64,000 nt of DNA from Eledone cirrhosa (GCA_964016885.1 OZ024740.1:49228001-49292000); one strand, 5' to 3'; positions 34,599-48,906 are shown, numbered from the stretch's first letter. Notes: generated from the letters alone by a model not told the origin. Translations and numbers: made by a program.

Positions 34599-35718
34599 GA
34601 TTACACATATTGAACATCGATCCCTAGAATCCACCACATCCCAAGGATATTACCCAGCATTCCACCACATCCTCTAAGGAACTACCTTAAGGACTCACCC
34701 ACTGACATACACTCAAAAACATTTTTTTTCCCACACGCCACCTACATCCACAACACGCATAAACACTACACACACACGTGCGTACCACCACATATTTACA
34801 CACGCAGCCTCCGGAATCCTCTCCTCCCACCCCTCTGACCCCTCCCCATCCACACACGCACGCACACTCCGACCTACACCCCACCCCCACACACCTCTTC
34901 CTGAACATGCAACCCCGTTCTTCCCCCAACTCTTACTTTCACATATATACACACACACACGTACACCTACACACACACACCACCTTCAGCCCTCCCCGCT
35001 CAGACACCCCGCCTCCCTCTCCCCACTCCACCCGCTACCACCCCTACACGCCCCACACCCTTCCACCACCTGTTTTACTTCATGTTTATTTTTATTTTTA
35101 TCATACTTTTATATTTAATTTCATTTGTACCGTTTCCTCTCACCCCCTTTTTTCTATATGTCTATACACCACTCTCCTACACACCCTTGGAACTCTCTTC
35201 CCACACACTTTTCACCAGAAGAAGGGCTTATGCCTGAAACGTCGTTCCCTATCACCACCCCACTCTCAAGAGCGTGAAACTAATAAACCTTTATTCGTAC
35301 TGCTTCTCTGTTTTGTTCCCGTTCAATTTTTTACTATACAATACACGCTCCCACGGCTTCCATACCTTTGGAATATACCTTGACTACCGGCTCAATCTCG
35401 ATCTAATCCGCCGTGACCATTTTATGAACTTTCCACACACCTTCCCACACTTGTTTTTTCCTTTCTTTGCATTAACTTTGATTGATTTATTTACTGTACT
35501 TGTTTATTTCTGTCTATGATTTTTTGTCCATGATTGCCTGTGTTTTTACGATTATGATTTTTTGTCTATGATTTTCCTGTGTATACTCTCCCCTCCTTAC
35601 GTTATTTCTGTTTGATTTTCCCTTCCCCGTCTCTGCCTATCATTCGCACTCACTCCTTCGTTCAACATCCCCCCGCTTCACACACCTGCTTTCTCATTCC
35701 TCCCCCTGCTTTCACTCA

Positions 35719-38380
35719 ATGCCCACCATGCCCAGCCTGAGATCCTTTCTCCACCAACTCCACACTAGCCTCAAACTTTTCCTCACCCCCTCCTCCCACC
35801 CTGCTATCTCCCCTCGGCCCTTCAACTCTCTTACCTTCTCTTCGCCAAAACCCGGCACTCCAGCCACATCCATTTCCTCAGCCACTGCCTCCACCTCCAC
35901 CTTATCCCCCTCGGCTTCCGTCTACACTTCCACACTTCCCTCCCGCTTCCCCCTCCGCCCAACGTATCCTCACCCGATCCTCGCGCCTCCCGCTCCACCA
36001 TCCGCAAACTTGACTACCAACTGACCCCCACCCTCCGCCGCCTTAACTCCATCTGCCATCCCCTCCTCGCCCACGCCATGCTCCTCTTCATCCAAAACCT
36101 CAACCACGACCTCTTCTCCTTCCTCACCTCCACCAAAGCCTGTAAGCTACACTCACTCCCCCCATCCACCACCACCCGCCCATCCCTATGAGCCCCCCCA
36201 TCTACCCCCCACCCCTCACACACCCAAACCCCACCACTTGATGTCACCACACCCCCGACCTCCCCCTCTCCGCACCTGAGTGCCCACTCCTTAGTAGAGG
36301 CCTTCGCTTCATACCCCACACTCCGCACAGCGACGAGTTCCGCACCCGAACGGAAGTCGAGCGATTCGTGCAACGCACGAAGCTACAGGCACATTTCGGT
36401 CAAACGCCACCGGCTCCGAACGCCCCTGACCCGTTTCTCGCCCTCGGCCGACGACCATCTTCTTGGATGCCGGCCCAAGGGCAATTTAGCACCCTGGGCG
36501 CGTTCGTCGATGCCAGCCGTAGCGCCGTAAATCGTTTCGACTTCCGCCACCGTTCCAAACGGAATAACATCACACGGGGCGAACTCCTCGCTCTCCGCTC
36601 CCTCCGTAGCCGAGATGACATCGTCATCCAACCGGCGGACAAGGGAGGCGACGTGGTGGTGTGGCGCGCGGACCTATACACGGCCGAAGCCCTCAGGCAG
36701 CTCCGTAACCCCCTCTTCTACCGCCCTCTACCCTCCGATCCCACACCCTTCTACCAACAACAAGTTTCCTCCACCATCCAACACCTTGTCTCCTCCTCCC
36801 TCCCCCCACCGCTTCCCACCCCATCGTCCGCACCCCCGCATTCCCACCATCTACTTCCTCCCCAAACTCCACAAACACGACAACCCCGGCCGCCCCATCG
36901 TCTCCGCTTGCAACTGCCCCACCGAACTCATCTCCGCCTTTCTTGACTCCATCCTCGACCCCCTTGTCACCACCCTCCCCTCCCACATCTCCGACACCAA
37001 CCACGCCCTGCGCCTTTTCGACTCCTTCACCTACTCACCTGGCCCACAGCCCTTCCTCTTCACCCTAGACATCAAGTCCCTCTATACCGTCATCCCCCAC
37101 GCCGACGGCCTACGTGCCCTCAAGCACTACCTCGACCTTCTCACCTCCCCCATCCCCTCCACCCCACCCTCCTTCGCCTTGCTGAGCTGGTCCTCACCCT
37201 CAAATGTTTCTCCTTCTCGCGTGAGTTTTACCAACAGGTCACGGGGGTAGTCATGGGTACAAGAATGGGCCCAAACTATGCCAACATTTTTGTTAGCCAT
37301 GTTGAGGCCCAAATCTTTGCCCAGTAAACCGACCCGCACCCGAACTGTACGGTCGTTACATCGACGACTGTATCGGAGCCACGACCCTCACCCGAGAACA
37401 GCTCGACTCCTTTCTCTCCTTCTTCTGCTGCTTCCACCCCTCCCTCCACTTCACCACCTCTATCTCCACCACCCACGTCCACTTCTTAGACATCTCCGTC
37501 GCCTTTAACCCCTCCCACCACTCCCTCGTCACCTCCGCCTTCTTCAAACCCACCGACTCCCACTCCTACCTCGACTTCACCTCTTCCCACCCCACACACA
37601 CTAAACACTCTATTCCCTACTCCCAACTCCTAAGGATCCGCCGCCTCTGTAGCCGAGATGCTGACTTTGAGTCTCAGGCCCTTTCCCTAGTCAGCCATTT
37701 CATCCGCAGAGGTTACCCCCTCTCTCTCGTCCACACCGCTCTCACCCGCGCCCGTGCTGACCATCGCTCCACCACCCTCACCCCGCGCTATCGCACACCC
37801 ACCCACCGCCTCCCCTTCCCCATCACCTACCACCCCTCCACCATACCCCTCCACCGCACCATCCTCCGCCTCTTCCGACGCCTCCAGTCCGACCCCTCCA
37901 CCTCCCACATCTTCCCAGCCCCACCACTCCCCTCCTTCAAACGCGCACGCAATCTCCGCACCCCCCTCGTCCACAGCTCCCTACCCCCCAACCCACGCCC
38001 TCCTTCCCCCCGGTTCCCTTCCCTGTTCCAGGCCCCTCTGCAACACCTGTCCCCACATCACCAACACCACCACCTTCCAGGGTCCCAACGGCCACTCTCT
38101 CTCTGTCCAGCATGCCTTCCGCTGCACCTCCTCCAACCTAGTGGACGTCGCCTGGCGGACCGGTTTACTGAACACCTCCGAGATATTCGTCTCGGTGGTA
38201 GTTCCCCCATCGCCCGCCACTTTGGTGCCCCTAGACATTCCGCACACCACCTCACAGTCTGTGGCCTACTCCAATGCCACGGAACACCCGCCACTCTCCT
38301 CAGGGTCAAACAACGAACCATCTTCACCCTACAGACCCACACTCCCCCCCGGCCTGAACTCCCCACCCTTATTCCTTTAG
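35719..38380 (+). pseudogene. PLE RT + GIY-YIG polyprotein, frameshifted
   Basis: DIVIQPADKGG, IYFLPKLHK..PGRPIVS, LFTLDIKSLYT, MGTRMGPNYAN, RYIDD, FLDI, KPTDSHSYL..SSHP..IPYSQLLRIRRLCS, linker CSRPLCNTC, FRCTSSNLV, GRRLADRFTEH. The start position is uncertain. Confidence 0.88.
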
Positions 38381-39805
38381 CCTTCGACCGCCCCCCTCCC
38401 CCCACACATATCCCCTACTAACACCACTAACACACCCCTCCTTTTCACCGCCCACCCCACAACTAACAATACTAACACCTCCACCCCACACCCGACCACC
38501 CTTCCCAAACTAACATACTAACATCCCTCCTTTCTTCTCCCTCCTCTCCTTATCACACGCACACACCCACCGATACATATATACACGCGTTCACACTAAA
38601 CACACACCCTACTACCACCACTAACCCTCACCCCCACACATCCACCCCACCACCCCGCAACTAACATCACTAACACTCCCCCGACCCCACACACACGAAC
38701 ACACACACCCTCTTACACAACCCACTCTACACACCCTACCACCACTGACCTCCACACATACCCGCATTCAACCCTTTCCCCACCTCCAGTATACTAACAC
38801 CCACTAACACCCCCTTCACCATACACACACTCATCCAAACACGCACACACACACCAGTACACTACACTCCCTCCACCGGCCCCCACACCCTTCTCTCCCC
38901 GCTCCACCCACACCCTTCTCACATACACACACATCCCACTAACACCTCTACTAATACACCCCTCCCCACTCCAACTTTCACACCTACCCATCCTCTCCTC
39001 TGTCCACCGCACCTCCGCACACACTGACACACCGACTTTCTTCACTTACCATTCTCCCCGACTGCTGCTATGCCCTTATCTCTGACCACCTCCCCGCACA
39101 CACAACCCTCCTCCTGCCTTGACCCTCTGACCACTTCCTGTTGCGCGCGCACCCCACATCTCCCCTCTTCCGACCAATCTCTTCACGGATTACACATATT
39201 GAACATCGATCCCTAGAATCCACCACATCCCAAGGATATTACCCAGCATTCCACCACATCCTCTACGGAACTACCTTAAGGACTCACCCACTGACATACA
39301 CTCAAAAAAACTTTTTTTCCCACACGCCACCTACATCCACAACACGCATAAACACCACACACACACGTGCGTACCACCACATATTTACACACGCAGCCTC
39401 CGGAATCCTCTCCCCCACCCCTCTGACCTCTCCCCATCCACACACGCACACACACTCCGACCTACACCCCACCCCACACACACCTCTTCCTGAACATGCA
39501 ACCCCGTTCTTCCCCAACTCTTACTTTCACATACACACACACACACACACACACACGTACACCTACACACACACACCACCTTCAGCCCTCCCCGCTCGGA
39601 TACCCCGCCTCCCTCTCCCCACTCCACCCGCCACCACCCCTACACACCCCACACCCTTCCACCACCTGTTTTACTTCATGTTTATTTTTATTTTTATCAT
39701 ACTTTTATATTTAATTTCATTTGTACCGTTTCCTCTCACCCCCTTTTTTCTATATGTCTCTCCACCAGTCCCCTACACACCCTTGGAACTCTCTTCCCAC
39801 AAACT

Positions 39806-39875
39806 TTTCACCTGAAGAAGGGCTTATGCCCGAAACGTCGTTCCCCATCACCACCCCACTCTCAAGAGCGTGAAA
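39806..39875 (+). ncRNA. Minimal hammerhead in the Neptune 3' pLTR (5' pLTR copy at 35210-35279 has a mutated core CAGAAGA)
   Basis: tttcac CTGAAGA a GGGC ttat GCCC GAAAC GTC g...gtgaaa. The ACGT palindrome stands in for stem III. Confidence 0.75.
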
Positions 39876-39928
39876 CTAATAAACCTTTGTTCGTACTGCC
39901 TCTCTGTTTTGTTCCCGTTCAATTCTTT

Positions 39929-39984
<56 letters not shown>

Positions 39985-40721
39985 TTATATATATACATAC
40001 GGAATGCACCTGAGCCTGTGTTTGTGCGTGTGTGCTTGCAACGATGTGCGTTGAGATACACGCATATTTACTTTATGCCGAAATAGAAACTGTAGTCCTT
40101 TGCATTTCCGGATTTTGATACTCAGGTTTTGGTGTTTTACACTCCACTTTTGTTTCATTTGCTCTTAACACGCACCGCCCCATGATAGTGTAAGAATTGT
40201 AATTCTTTACACTTCTCGACTCTGACACACAGGTTTTCAACTGCAGTTAATATTTTTCAAATCTTTCAAATTTTGATATTATTTGTAACACACGCATTTT
40301 ATTTTTTAAATTTGTTTGGCACCACCCACCACGTGAAATGGTGGCAGGATAGATGCCAACTCACACACAAATTCTTCTGAACATAGTAGCAGCAAACGAA
40401 AGCTGACCTGCCTGCTGACCCCTTAACACCACTACCACTACCAACACAATGGAGGAGGTCAGCTGTACTTAAACAAAACCAACTACAACAGGTTGTCTTG
40501 CTTCAGAAAAATTTCTATAAACTTTTGATTGAGGAATGTTCTCACAACTGACCAATGGGATACGAGAGTGTCCTATGACGCCAAATTCGTTTGTTCTAAT
40601 TCATATGATTCCAGTTCCTCAGAGGAATAACAACACAACCAGGAGCTGGACATATCGGAGTATTGACGGAGTAAAACACACTTCAACAACATGCGTACCT
40701 GTCTCTCCCACACCAATTCGG

Positions 40722-40776
40722 ACTGCCTGAAGAGGTCACAGCCAATGATGGCTGTCACCGAAATATATATAACAGT
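40722..40776 (+). ncRNA. Type I hammerhead, family E, at the 3' end of a (TA)n-flanked non-coding element about 39998-40832
   Basis: ACTGc CTGAAGA GGT c ACAGCCA atga TGGCTGT c ACC GAAA TATATA TA a CAGT, with downstream aataaa. Confidence 0.83.
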
Positions 40777-41012
40777 ATATCTATAATTTATAATAAACAA
40801 AACCAAATTTTACATATTTGACTTAATTATTTTATATATATATATATGTATATATACTACAAGGGAAGCATTCTTTTCCTTTTTTCAAATATACCTAACT
40901 GTACCAAGGATTTCACACATTTTCCAATCTATCTATCTATCTATATATATATATACATGTACATACACATATATATATACACACATATACATGTACATAC
41001 ATGTATATACAT

Positions 41013-41120
<108 letters not shown>

Positions 41121-41759
41121 GTGTGTGTGTGTGTGTGTGTGTAGTGTATACGTACACGTATATACATATATATTTTTTATTGGAGTGAGTCGACGTGAGA
41201 CATTTTTCTGTCTGTTCCACCAGGTGCGTGAAGGTGCGATTTTCAGGAATGTAATTATCACATTGTAATCAGCTTTGATTTTGCTTAATTCAGTTTTAAA
41301 TTTCTGATTGTTAGTATGTATTTATTTCGTCTATTTAATTGGTTATTTAATTGGTTATTCAGCTATCTTATTGTAATTTACTTTAATTCTTCTGTTGTTT
41401 AGTTTTTATCTATGTATTTATTCATTTATCTAGCCTATTTAATTTTCTTTGGCTGTGATCTCTGTTCAGTTCTATTTTTCATCTAATTGTTAAGTTAATA
41501 ATTAAGAGTTAATATTGAGACCTGTTTAAATACAATTAGACGGAATGTGATTTCAGTTCAATTTATTTAACTAAGTGAGTTGTTTATTTTGGAAAGATTA
41601 TTTGATTTGGTTCATTAAAAATTATGAAGTTTCAATTTCAGTCGATGGTTATGACGCCTACAAACTAAGAACATCTTAATTGGATTAAACAAAAATATAG
41701 CATCCATTATCTACTTGATTCAAAATTCTTTTTCTACAAATCGTCTTTTTCTGCAATGT

Positions 41760-44192
41760 AATAATAATGAATAATGAAAATATTGTGTAAAGTGCTCAGG
41801 TGCACTACAACTCGTCAAAGGTGCATGTATAGTACGTAGAATAATATACAAATGTCAGGGAAGTGAATAGTGTACGAGTCATGATATACATGTGTGCGTG
41901 TGTATGGAGGGGGAATATTAGGCGTAGTGTTGGGGAATCTCAGGAAGCATGGAGGTTTTAAAGGATACAGTGTCTCGACAGCTAACAACTGATGCAGGGA
42001 GTTTGTTCCATACTTCAGCAACTCTGAGCGTGAAAAAATGTTTCCGAAAGTCATGGGAACTGTGCTGTTTTCTGACTTTGTGGGCATAGCCACGTGTGTT
42101 AAACACATGGAAATCAAAAAGGTACTCAGGTTGTTGTTGGCAAGATGGTTAATAATTTTGTGGGTGTTTACCAAGTCAGTTGCCAGACGTCGGAGCTTCA
42201 ATGTATCCATTCTAAGGGAAACAAGGCGTTCAGAGTATGGTAGATGCCTGATGGAGGGTATTCGCTTGGTTGCACGTCTCTGAACAGTTTCTAGGCGGTC
42301 AATATTCTGAGCAAGATAGGGGTTTCAGACTGGTGATGCAAATTCTAAGTGTGGCCGCACCATAGCTATATACAACTCTAAATAGATAGCTGGAGAACGT
42401 CTGACAAAGGTATTGCTGAGTGATGCTAAGACACCCTTGGCCTTCTTGACAATTTTAGAGACGTGCTTCGTCCAACGCAAATCGCCGCTGACTGTAATTC
42501 CCATGTCACGTTCACAAGAAGACTTCTTGATATTAGTGTTGTGGAGGGAGTATGTGGACGCTGGGGTTTTACTCCCAAAATGCATGGTGGTACACTTTTC
42601 CAGAGCCAACTTGAGTTGCCAGTCTGTGATCCATTGTTCCATTGTGTCCAGGTCAGATTGCAGGCAAGATCTATAGTGTTCAGGATCTATCCTTTTTATC
42701 TCAAGGTACAGCTTGATGTCATCTGCATATTTCAGTACTGCGGCATTCTTTAAGTTGGCATCTATGTCATTAATATATGCCACAAACAAAAGGGGGCCAA
42801 GAACAGATCCTTGTGGTACACCAGATGACATCTCATATGGTGAGGAATGCTGTCCTAGAACCGTGACTACCTCTCTTGGACTGAGAATGAAGGACTTCAA
42901 CCAGTTAAAAAGATCATCCTTCACACCTATTGCAGAGAGTTTTGCCATAAGTCTTTTGTATGGCACAGAATTGAAAGCTTTAGCAAAGTCAAGGTAAACA
43001 ACATCCACCCATGAGCCGCCATCAGTGATCCGGGTGATGTCTTCAAGAAACTCGATAAGTTGATCACAGCAGCTGGAGTTAGGGATAAATCCAAATTGCG
43101 AGGGCCGGATAAGACTGTGAGAGTTCCGGAAGTTCCAAAGCGTTTCTCTGACACATGATTCCATCAGTTTGGCAATGCAGCTAGTAAGACTGACTGGACG
43201 ATAGCTCACAGGTGATGTGTGGCCACCCTTTTTTGAACAGAAGTATGTCACTGGCAGTTTTCCACTGTTCTGGAGTAGCACTGTTGTTCAGACAGAATTG
43301 GAAGAAGCGTGATAGCTGGTGCAGAAGGAAGTACCCACCACGTTTGAGAAGCAGGTACATAACACCATCAAGACCAGGAGAGGCATGGTTGCGTTCATTT
43401 TTAAGGTGACGTCGCAGCATTGCAGGTGTAAAATCTATAGTTGTAATAGAATCCGATATCAGAGGTGGTGGAGACGGTACACTCTGGTCTTCAATAGTAA
43501 AAATGCCTGCATAGCATTCAGCAATGAGCTCTGCGCATTCCCTGGGGTCATCAGTAACCTGGCTTGTGTGGGGATTGCGAAGAGGGCCAACTGGAGAATG
43601 AGGCCTTTGCTTTGAGTGAACATACTTCCAGAATACCTTACTGTCAGGGCTGGTTGCTATGCGCTGCTCAAATTGAAGAACTGCCTTTTTTGTCACCTGT
43701 TTGAGATGGTTGGATGATTTATTTCGCTTCTTCCTATTGATATCTGATTTATGCAGTTTGTACTCACGTTCAGCATTGCGCCGTTCTTTTCTGGCAAGAC
43801 GGACTGCTGCAGTCTCCCAAATTGCACTTTTGGGATGTTTTTTCTGCACCGATGCTGCACATGCTGTCCATATTGAGCTCAGGATGTTCTGTAGTACAGT
43901 GTTGACATCTCTAGAGTCGTAGAACTCAAGCCAGTTTACGTTGCAACTCGGTACAGTAACAGTTCCAGTCTGGTTTATTCCAGTCAAAGTGAGCAGTTTG
44001 GAGATGGTTGTGGTTCTTGTTACTGCCCATGAGGGATAGATTGGCAATGATCATAGCCTGATCAGAGTCATCTAAAGGTTCCTCAGTAGTAACATTAATA
44101 ACCGTTTCAGGAGTAGTGGTGAAGAGTAGGTCCAAAGTGTTGTCACCTCTTGTTGGGGAGGTGACTACTTGGGACCAGTTCGAGTCCAGCAC
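41760..44192 (-). mobile_element. 5'-truncated CR1-like LINE (APE end + RT), frameshifted
   Basis: TRGDNTLDLLFT, SPGLDG, SYRPVSLTS, VYLDFAKAFNSV, GVPQGSVLGP, KYADDIK, VRPHLEFAS, RKHFFTLRVAEVWNKLP, and an (ATT)-rich tail. Confidence 0.9.
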
Positions 44193-46059
44193 TAGTTCAA
44201 GGAAGTCATTTGCAGTTGGCGGCCAACGAAAGGTTTCCCAGTCAATCTCAGGGTGATTGAAGTCCCCTGCAATAAAAACATAAGTGGCAGCAACTCTGAG
44301 GATATCACAAAGTTGAGTGTCCCAATGAAGATATATTTATTGAAGCTATTTATTACACAGTTAACATTAAGATAAATGTACACCGGAATCAGAACTTAAA
44401 TAGTATTTAAGAGACTAGTTTTACATCACCAAAACGAGATCTTTAACTCTGCTAATTTTCGCAAATGAAGAATTATTATTATCATACGGTTATTCATTCA
44501 GATTAGAGTCCTCATGGTTGTTATAGTCGCAATAGTTCACTCGTTGTACAATCACGACTTCTATCCCATAATCCCGATGAGATCACCACTTTTATCACTT
44601 GGAGACTGATTGCATTCCTCTTAAATTGGTATAATGTAGGGGTTGCTGTTCCATTTTAAACTTTCATAACCCCGCTCACGGGCTGTGTAAACTCAGTATT
44701 GTAATACGAGCCTTTGCTTTTTACCGTTCCGCTTCAACAAGAGCCACATACAGATACTGAATACGAACTGTTGTACATATCGTTTTTCTTTGTTAGTTTT
44801 CAGTTTCCAGCAGAATGTGAAGTTCATTCAGCCGGATCCCTTGACGTTTTCGTGCCGTCTTTCTATTGCGATAATGTAAATTAATGCATTGTTAGTTGTT
44901 CCTCAATTAACACTCCATGGATCAAACTTGCAACAACACAAACTTAAAATCGATTTTCTACCGCATCAACAACTATCAAATATGTAGATTTAAGTTTGTT
45001 TCATTTTTCACTCTCGAGTACTTTACAACAAAGTCTTTACATGCAAATTTGTTATCAAGTTAGATTCATTATATCATATTGGTGTTGAAGGAAAAACAAA
45101 CAAATAAGCAAGCAAATGAACGGGGAAGGAAACCTAATTCGAAAACAAAGAACAAATGAGTTTTTAATACTGTGTATTAAAAGTAATGCTATGTATTTTC
45201 TAAAATATTTATGAGGTAAACGTATCCTATATTTACAATTAGTAGCCAACTTTAGTGATATCAAAATATTCGAAAACCATTTAATTCCCAATATGTCTAG
45301 GTTCATTTAATACTTCTAATTAGAATAATATTCATTTGATGTAAGATACGTTATGTAAATTTATTCAAAGTTTCTTTAAAAAAGATACGACCAATTATAT
45401 AACCAAGGGTTTAGGTGTCGTGAGTGTTTATATAATATAAGTAAATTCAAATTTCTCTTATATATTTCTGGCTAGCCAGTGACTGTAGGATACATGTGTA
45501 GGAATGCATATTCAGAAGATCGATAAGAGGAAGAATTGAGTATAGTGGTGGATGCAGAGCTTGTGCTAGTCAACAAAATTATGAGTGACGAGATTGGAGG
45601 AGACGAATGAGTCGGAAGAACTCTACATAAACTAGTAATTTATCGCATGCTATAGATCACCTAGAAGAGCCACACTAACTAATACAGAACTTTATAATGG
45701 CCTGCCAAAGTTAACACAGACCCGAAAACTGTATCGGAAATACTAACAGGGATGGAGGAGTGAAACGTCTGGCATGAAATTGTTTTCCTTGTTCAAAAGG
45801 AAGATCAGCTGAGATGAGATGGTGAGGTATTATTATGAATGGCAGAAACGGTGGAGTGTGAGAAAAAATACGCTTTGTGGTAATTAGAAATTTTTCTTTA
45901 CATTTTAAGTTAAATTCCCACTGGAGTTCATATTCCAGTTGATCAAAAAAATTAATCATGAAGAGAGCTTCCGACCTGCAATAGGTTTCAGTTCCATTTT
46001 GAAACACATTCCATCGCTTACACCATTAACTAAATTGAATATTATTATTCTCCTCATGA

Positions 46060-46253
46060 GGGCGGTAGATTGGCAGTATCGGTAGAGAGTCGGGCGCCAT
46101 GCTTTGTAGTATAGAGTTACGCCCTTTTACGGTCTGAGTTCAAATCCCGCCGAGGTTAACTTTGCCTTTCATCCTTACGGGGTCGATAAAATAAAGTACC
46201 AGTAATACACTGGAATAATTGCTGGCCTTGTGCCCCAAATAGAAACAATTATT
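46060..46253 (+). mobile_element. tRNA-derived SINE with target-site duplication
   Basis: Full consensus, with TSD attattctcctc(a/g)tga at 46044-46059 and 46248-46263. Confidence 0.9.
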
Positions 46254-46546
46254 CTCCTCGTGAAAGAACCCAGCGTGTATTGCTAATATATACACGGCAC
46301 TGGGGAACATTTAAATTTGCATACACCGAGTCACATTGAATACAATTAGGTAATCACAAAGGATACGTATTTAGTATGATATATGTAAGAACAATAAAGT
46401 TTAGAAGGGAGGATTTGGAATTGTAAAAATATTGTGTAAAACCCCTTTTGTGTTACTAACAAATTTTTATGAGAATTAATGTAGAGCACAGAGTACAATA
46501 GTAAATATAAGGTGCTGATTGAAATATCTCAGTAGAATGTTGATAG

Positions 46547-48906
46547 AACTGGTCAACAAGTAATTTTCATCAAGCATATGTCAAGATGTACTTAGTGTAG
46601 TTTTTAATGCTGATTTCAAATATACAATTAGTTTTTTGACATCACCTACAGTTTTTAAGATGAGAAAGTTTTTTGGTTTTAACTCATGCATTATATAGAA
46701 ATTCCAATTAATGACGTGTATGCATGTATTTCATTTACTTCATGGAAACATACCTTTAAAATAAACTACATTATTCATTGCTGCATAGTTCAGATGCAAT
46801 ATTAATCATCTTAAATTAACCAATCAAGTTTTGTCTGATTAAATAGGTATTTCAACATCTCAAATTGTCCAGTCATAATTGGTCTGATGAAATGTTTTAT
46901 CATCTCAAATTCAATATAAGTATAACCGTTTGTATCTATTTCCTTACTTGTTTTACAGTGTTAACAATGTCAAGACAGTGTAGAAATCGCCCTGATGTGT
47001 TTCGTTATTTCTGTAGACAATTTATTGTGAAAGCTCAAAAACGTACAATAACACCAGAGACCAAGAAGATTTATAAGCCATACTTTGACTGTCCTCTTGA
47101 GATCAGGACAAGTTATGGGCACCACATATCTGCTCAGCTTGCTCAAATAGCTTATGTGACTGGTTCAATAAGAAGAAGTCCATGCCTTTTGCCATTCTAA
47201 TGATATGGAGGGAGCCGAAAGATCATTTTAATGACTGTTACTTTTGCAAATTAAATGTCACAGGATTTTCCATGAAGAATAAACACAACATTGTGTATCC
47301 CAATTTGGATGCTGCAATGAGACCTGTGCCTCACAATGGAAGTCTACCAATTCCAGTTCCACCAAATGATGGTATTGAAACATCAGATGATGATTCTGAC
47401 TGTCACGATAGTGCTGCTGCGGAAGACGTGGCTGATAACGATAGATTTAAACCTCAGAAATTTTCCAAAGCTGAACTGAATGACCTTGTTAGAGACTTAT
47501 CCCTCTCAAAAGATAAAGCAGAACTGTTGGCATCAAGACTGAAGGAGAAGTATCTGCTACAGCACGGTGTTCGTATAACTTATTTTCGGCAGAGAAATGT
47601 GGTTCTACAAACGTGTTTTTCTGTTGAAGGCCCGCTTTGCTTTTGCAGTAACATCGATGGACTTTTCGAATGTTTATCACAAAATCATGCAGAGTGGCAT
47701 TTGTCTATAGACTCTTCAAAACGAAGTTTAAAAGCTGTAATTATCCATAATGGTAATTTGAAGCCCTCCATTCCTATTGCACACTCCGTTCATCTTCATG
47801 AATCATATGAGAATATGGAATTTTACTTCATGCCATTGTCTATGAAAGACACTCATGGAAAATATGTGGAGATTTAAGTCATTGGAATGTTAATGGGAAT
47901 GCAGTCAGGTTTCACAAAACGCTGTTGTTTCTTGTGTCTATGGGATAGTCGGGCAACTGACAGACATTATTCGGAATTAAACTGGCAGACAAGAACATCA
48001 TACCAGCTAGGACTGTCTAGCGTTAAGAATACACCTCTTGTAGATCCATGTAATGTCTTAATGCCTCCTTTGCCCACAAAGCTTGGACTGATGAAACAGT
48101 TTGTAAAGACACTAGGGAAGAGAAATGCCAGAGGGTTTGAGTATATTGTAGAATAGTTTCCCAAAATCACACAGGCGAAGTTTGAAAGAGGGTATCTTTG
48201 TCGGACCCCAAATTAGAGAAGTACTCAAAGATGTCAACTTCAAGAAAACACTGGATGAACTGGAACTGCCTGCCTGGAATGCTTTCAATTGGATCTGTGA
48301 GAATTTCAAGAAGGCGATGGATTACAAGGATGGCATCAAGAATCTCCTGAAATGTTACTCAGCAATGGGTTGTCGCATGTCACTGAAAGTTCACTTCTTG
48401 GACTCCCATCAGGATTTCTTCGTAGATAACCTTAGAGCAGTGTCTGATGAACACGGTGAAAGATTTCACCAGGACATTAGTGCTATGGAGAAACGGTATC
48501 AATGCTTCTTGAATGACAGTATGCTGGTTGACTACTGCTGGACACCTTTCCGTGATCAACCAGATCAGGAACTCCGCAGGAAATCCAAATTACAATGTTT
48601 CTAACTCTGTTGTTCTAACTTTGTCTATTTTGTCTGAACCATTTTTTGTGTATTCACTCTTTGTAGAATGATAGTGATGATTTTAACTCAATAAACTCAT
48701 TTACTTTCTAAAAATAATATGTCCTTATTTATTACGTTAATGATTTCATATATGCAAATATGTAAATATTTGCATGTATCTACTGAAAAACTGATACGTG
48801 CTGCATACAAATGGAGTGGAATTTTGAAACCAGCATGAAAAATTAGTCTAAAAAAGTTGGTTTGCATTCATAATGAGTATAATACATTTAATTTTGTTGA
48901 CCAGTG
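46547..48906 (+). mobile_element. Chapaev3-type (CMC superfamily) DNA transposon
   Basis: TIR (a/c)ACTGGTCAACAA / TTGTTGACCAGTG, 3-bp TAG duplication on both sides, subterminal atgctg.tttcaaa inverted blocks, and a transposase pseudogene. Confidence 0.8.
46967..48604 (+). pseudogene. Chapaev3-like transposase, frameshifted with a stop codon
   Basis: CRNRPDVF.YFC, DQDKLWAPH, WREPKDHFNDCYFC, ELNDLVRDL, IDSSKRSLK, CCFLCLWDSRA, KLGLMKQFVK, KEGIFVGPQIR, SDEHGERFHQDI. Confidence 0.8.

Larger units (their letters stand above)
34597..39935 (+). mobile_element. Neptune-type Penelope-like element with two direct pLTRs (34597-35338 and 39186-39935)
   Basis: About 745-bp direct repeats starting cggattacacatattgaacatcg, each with a hammerhead and AATAAA. 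RT and GIY-YIG lie between them. The 3' end runs into (TA)n. Confidence 0.92.
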
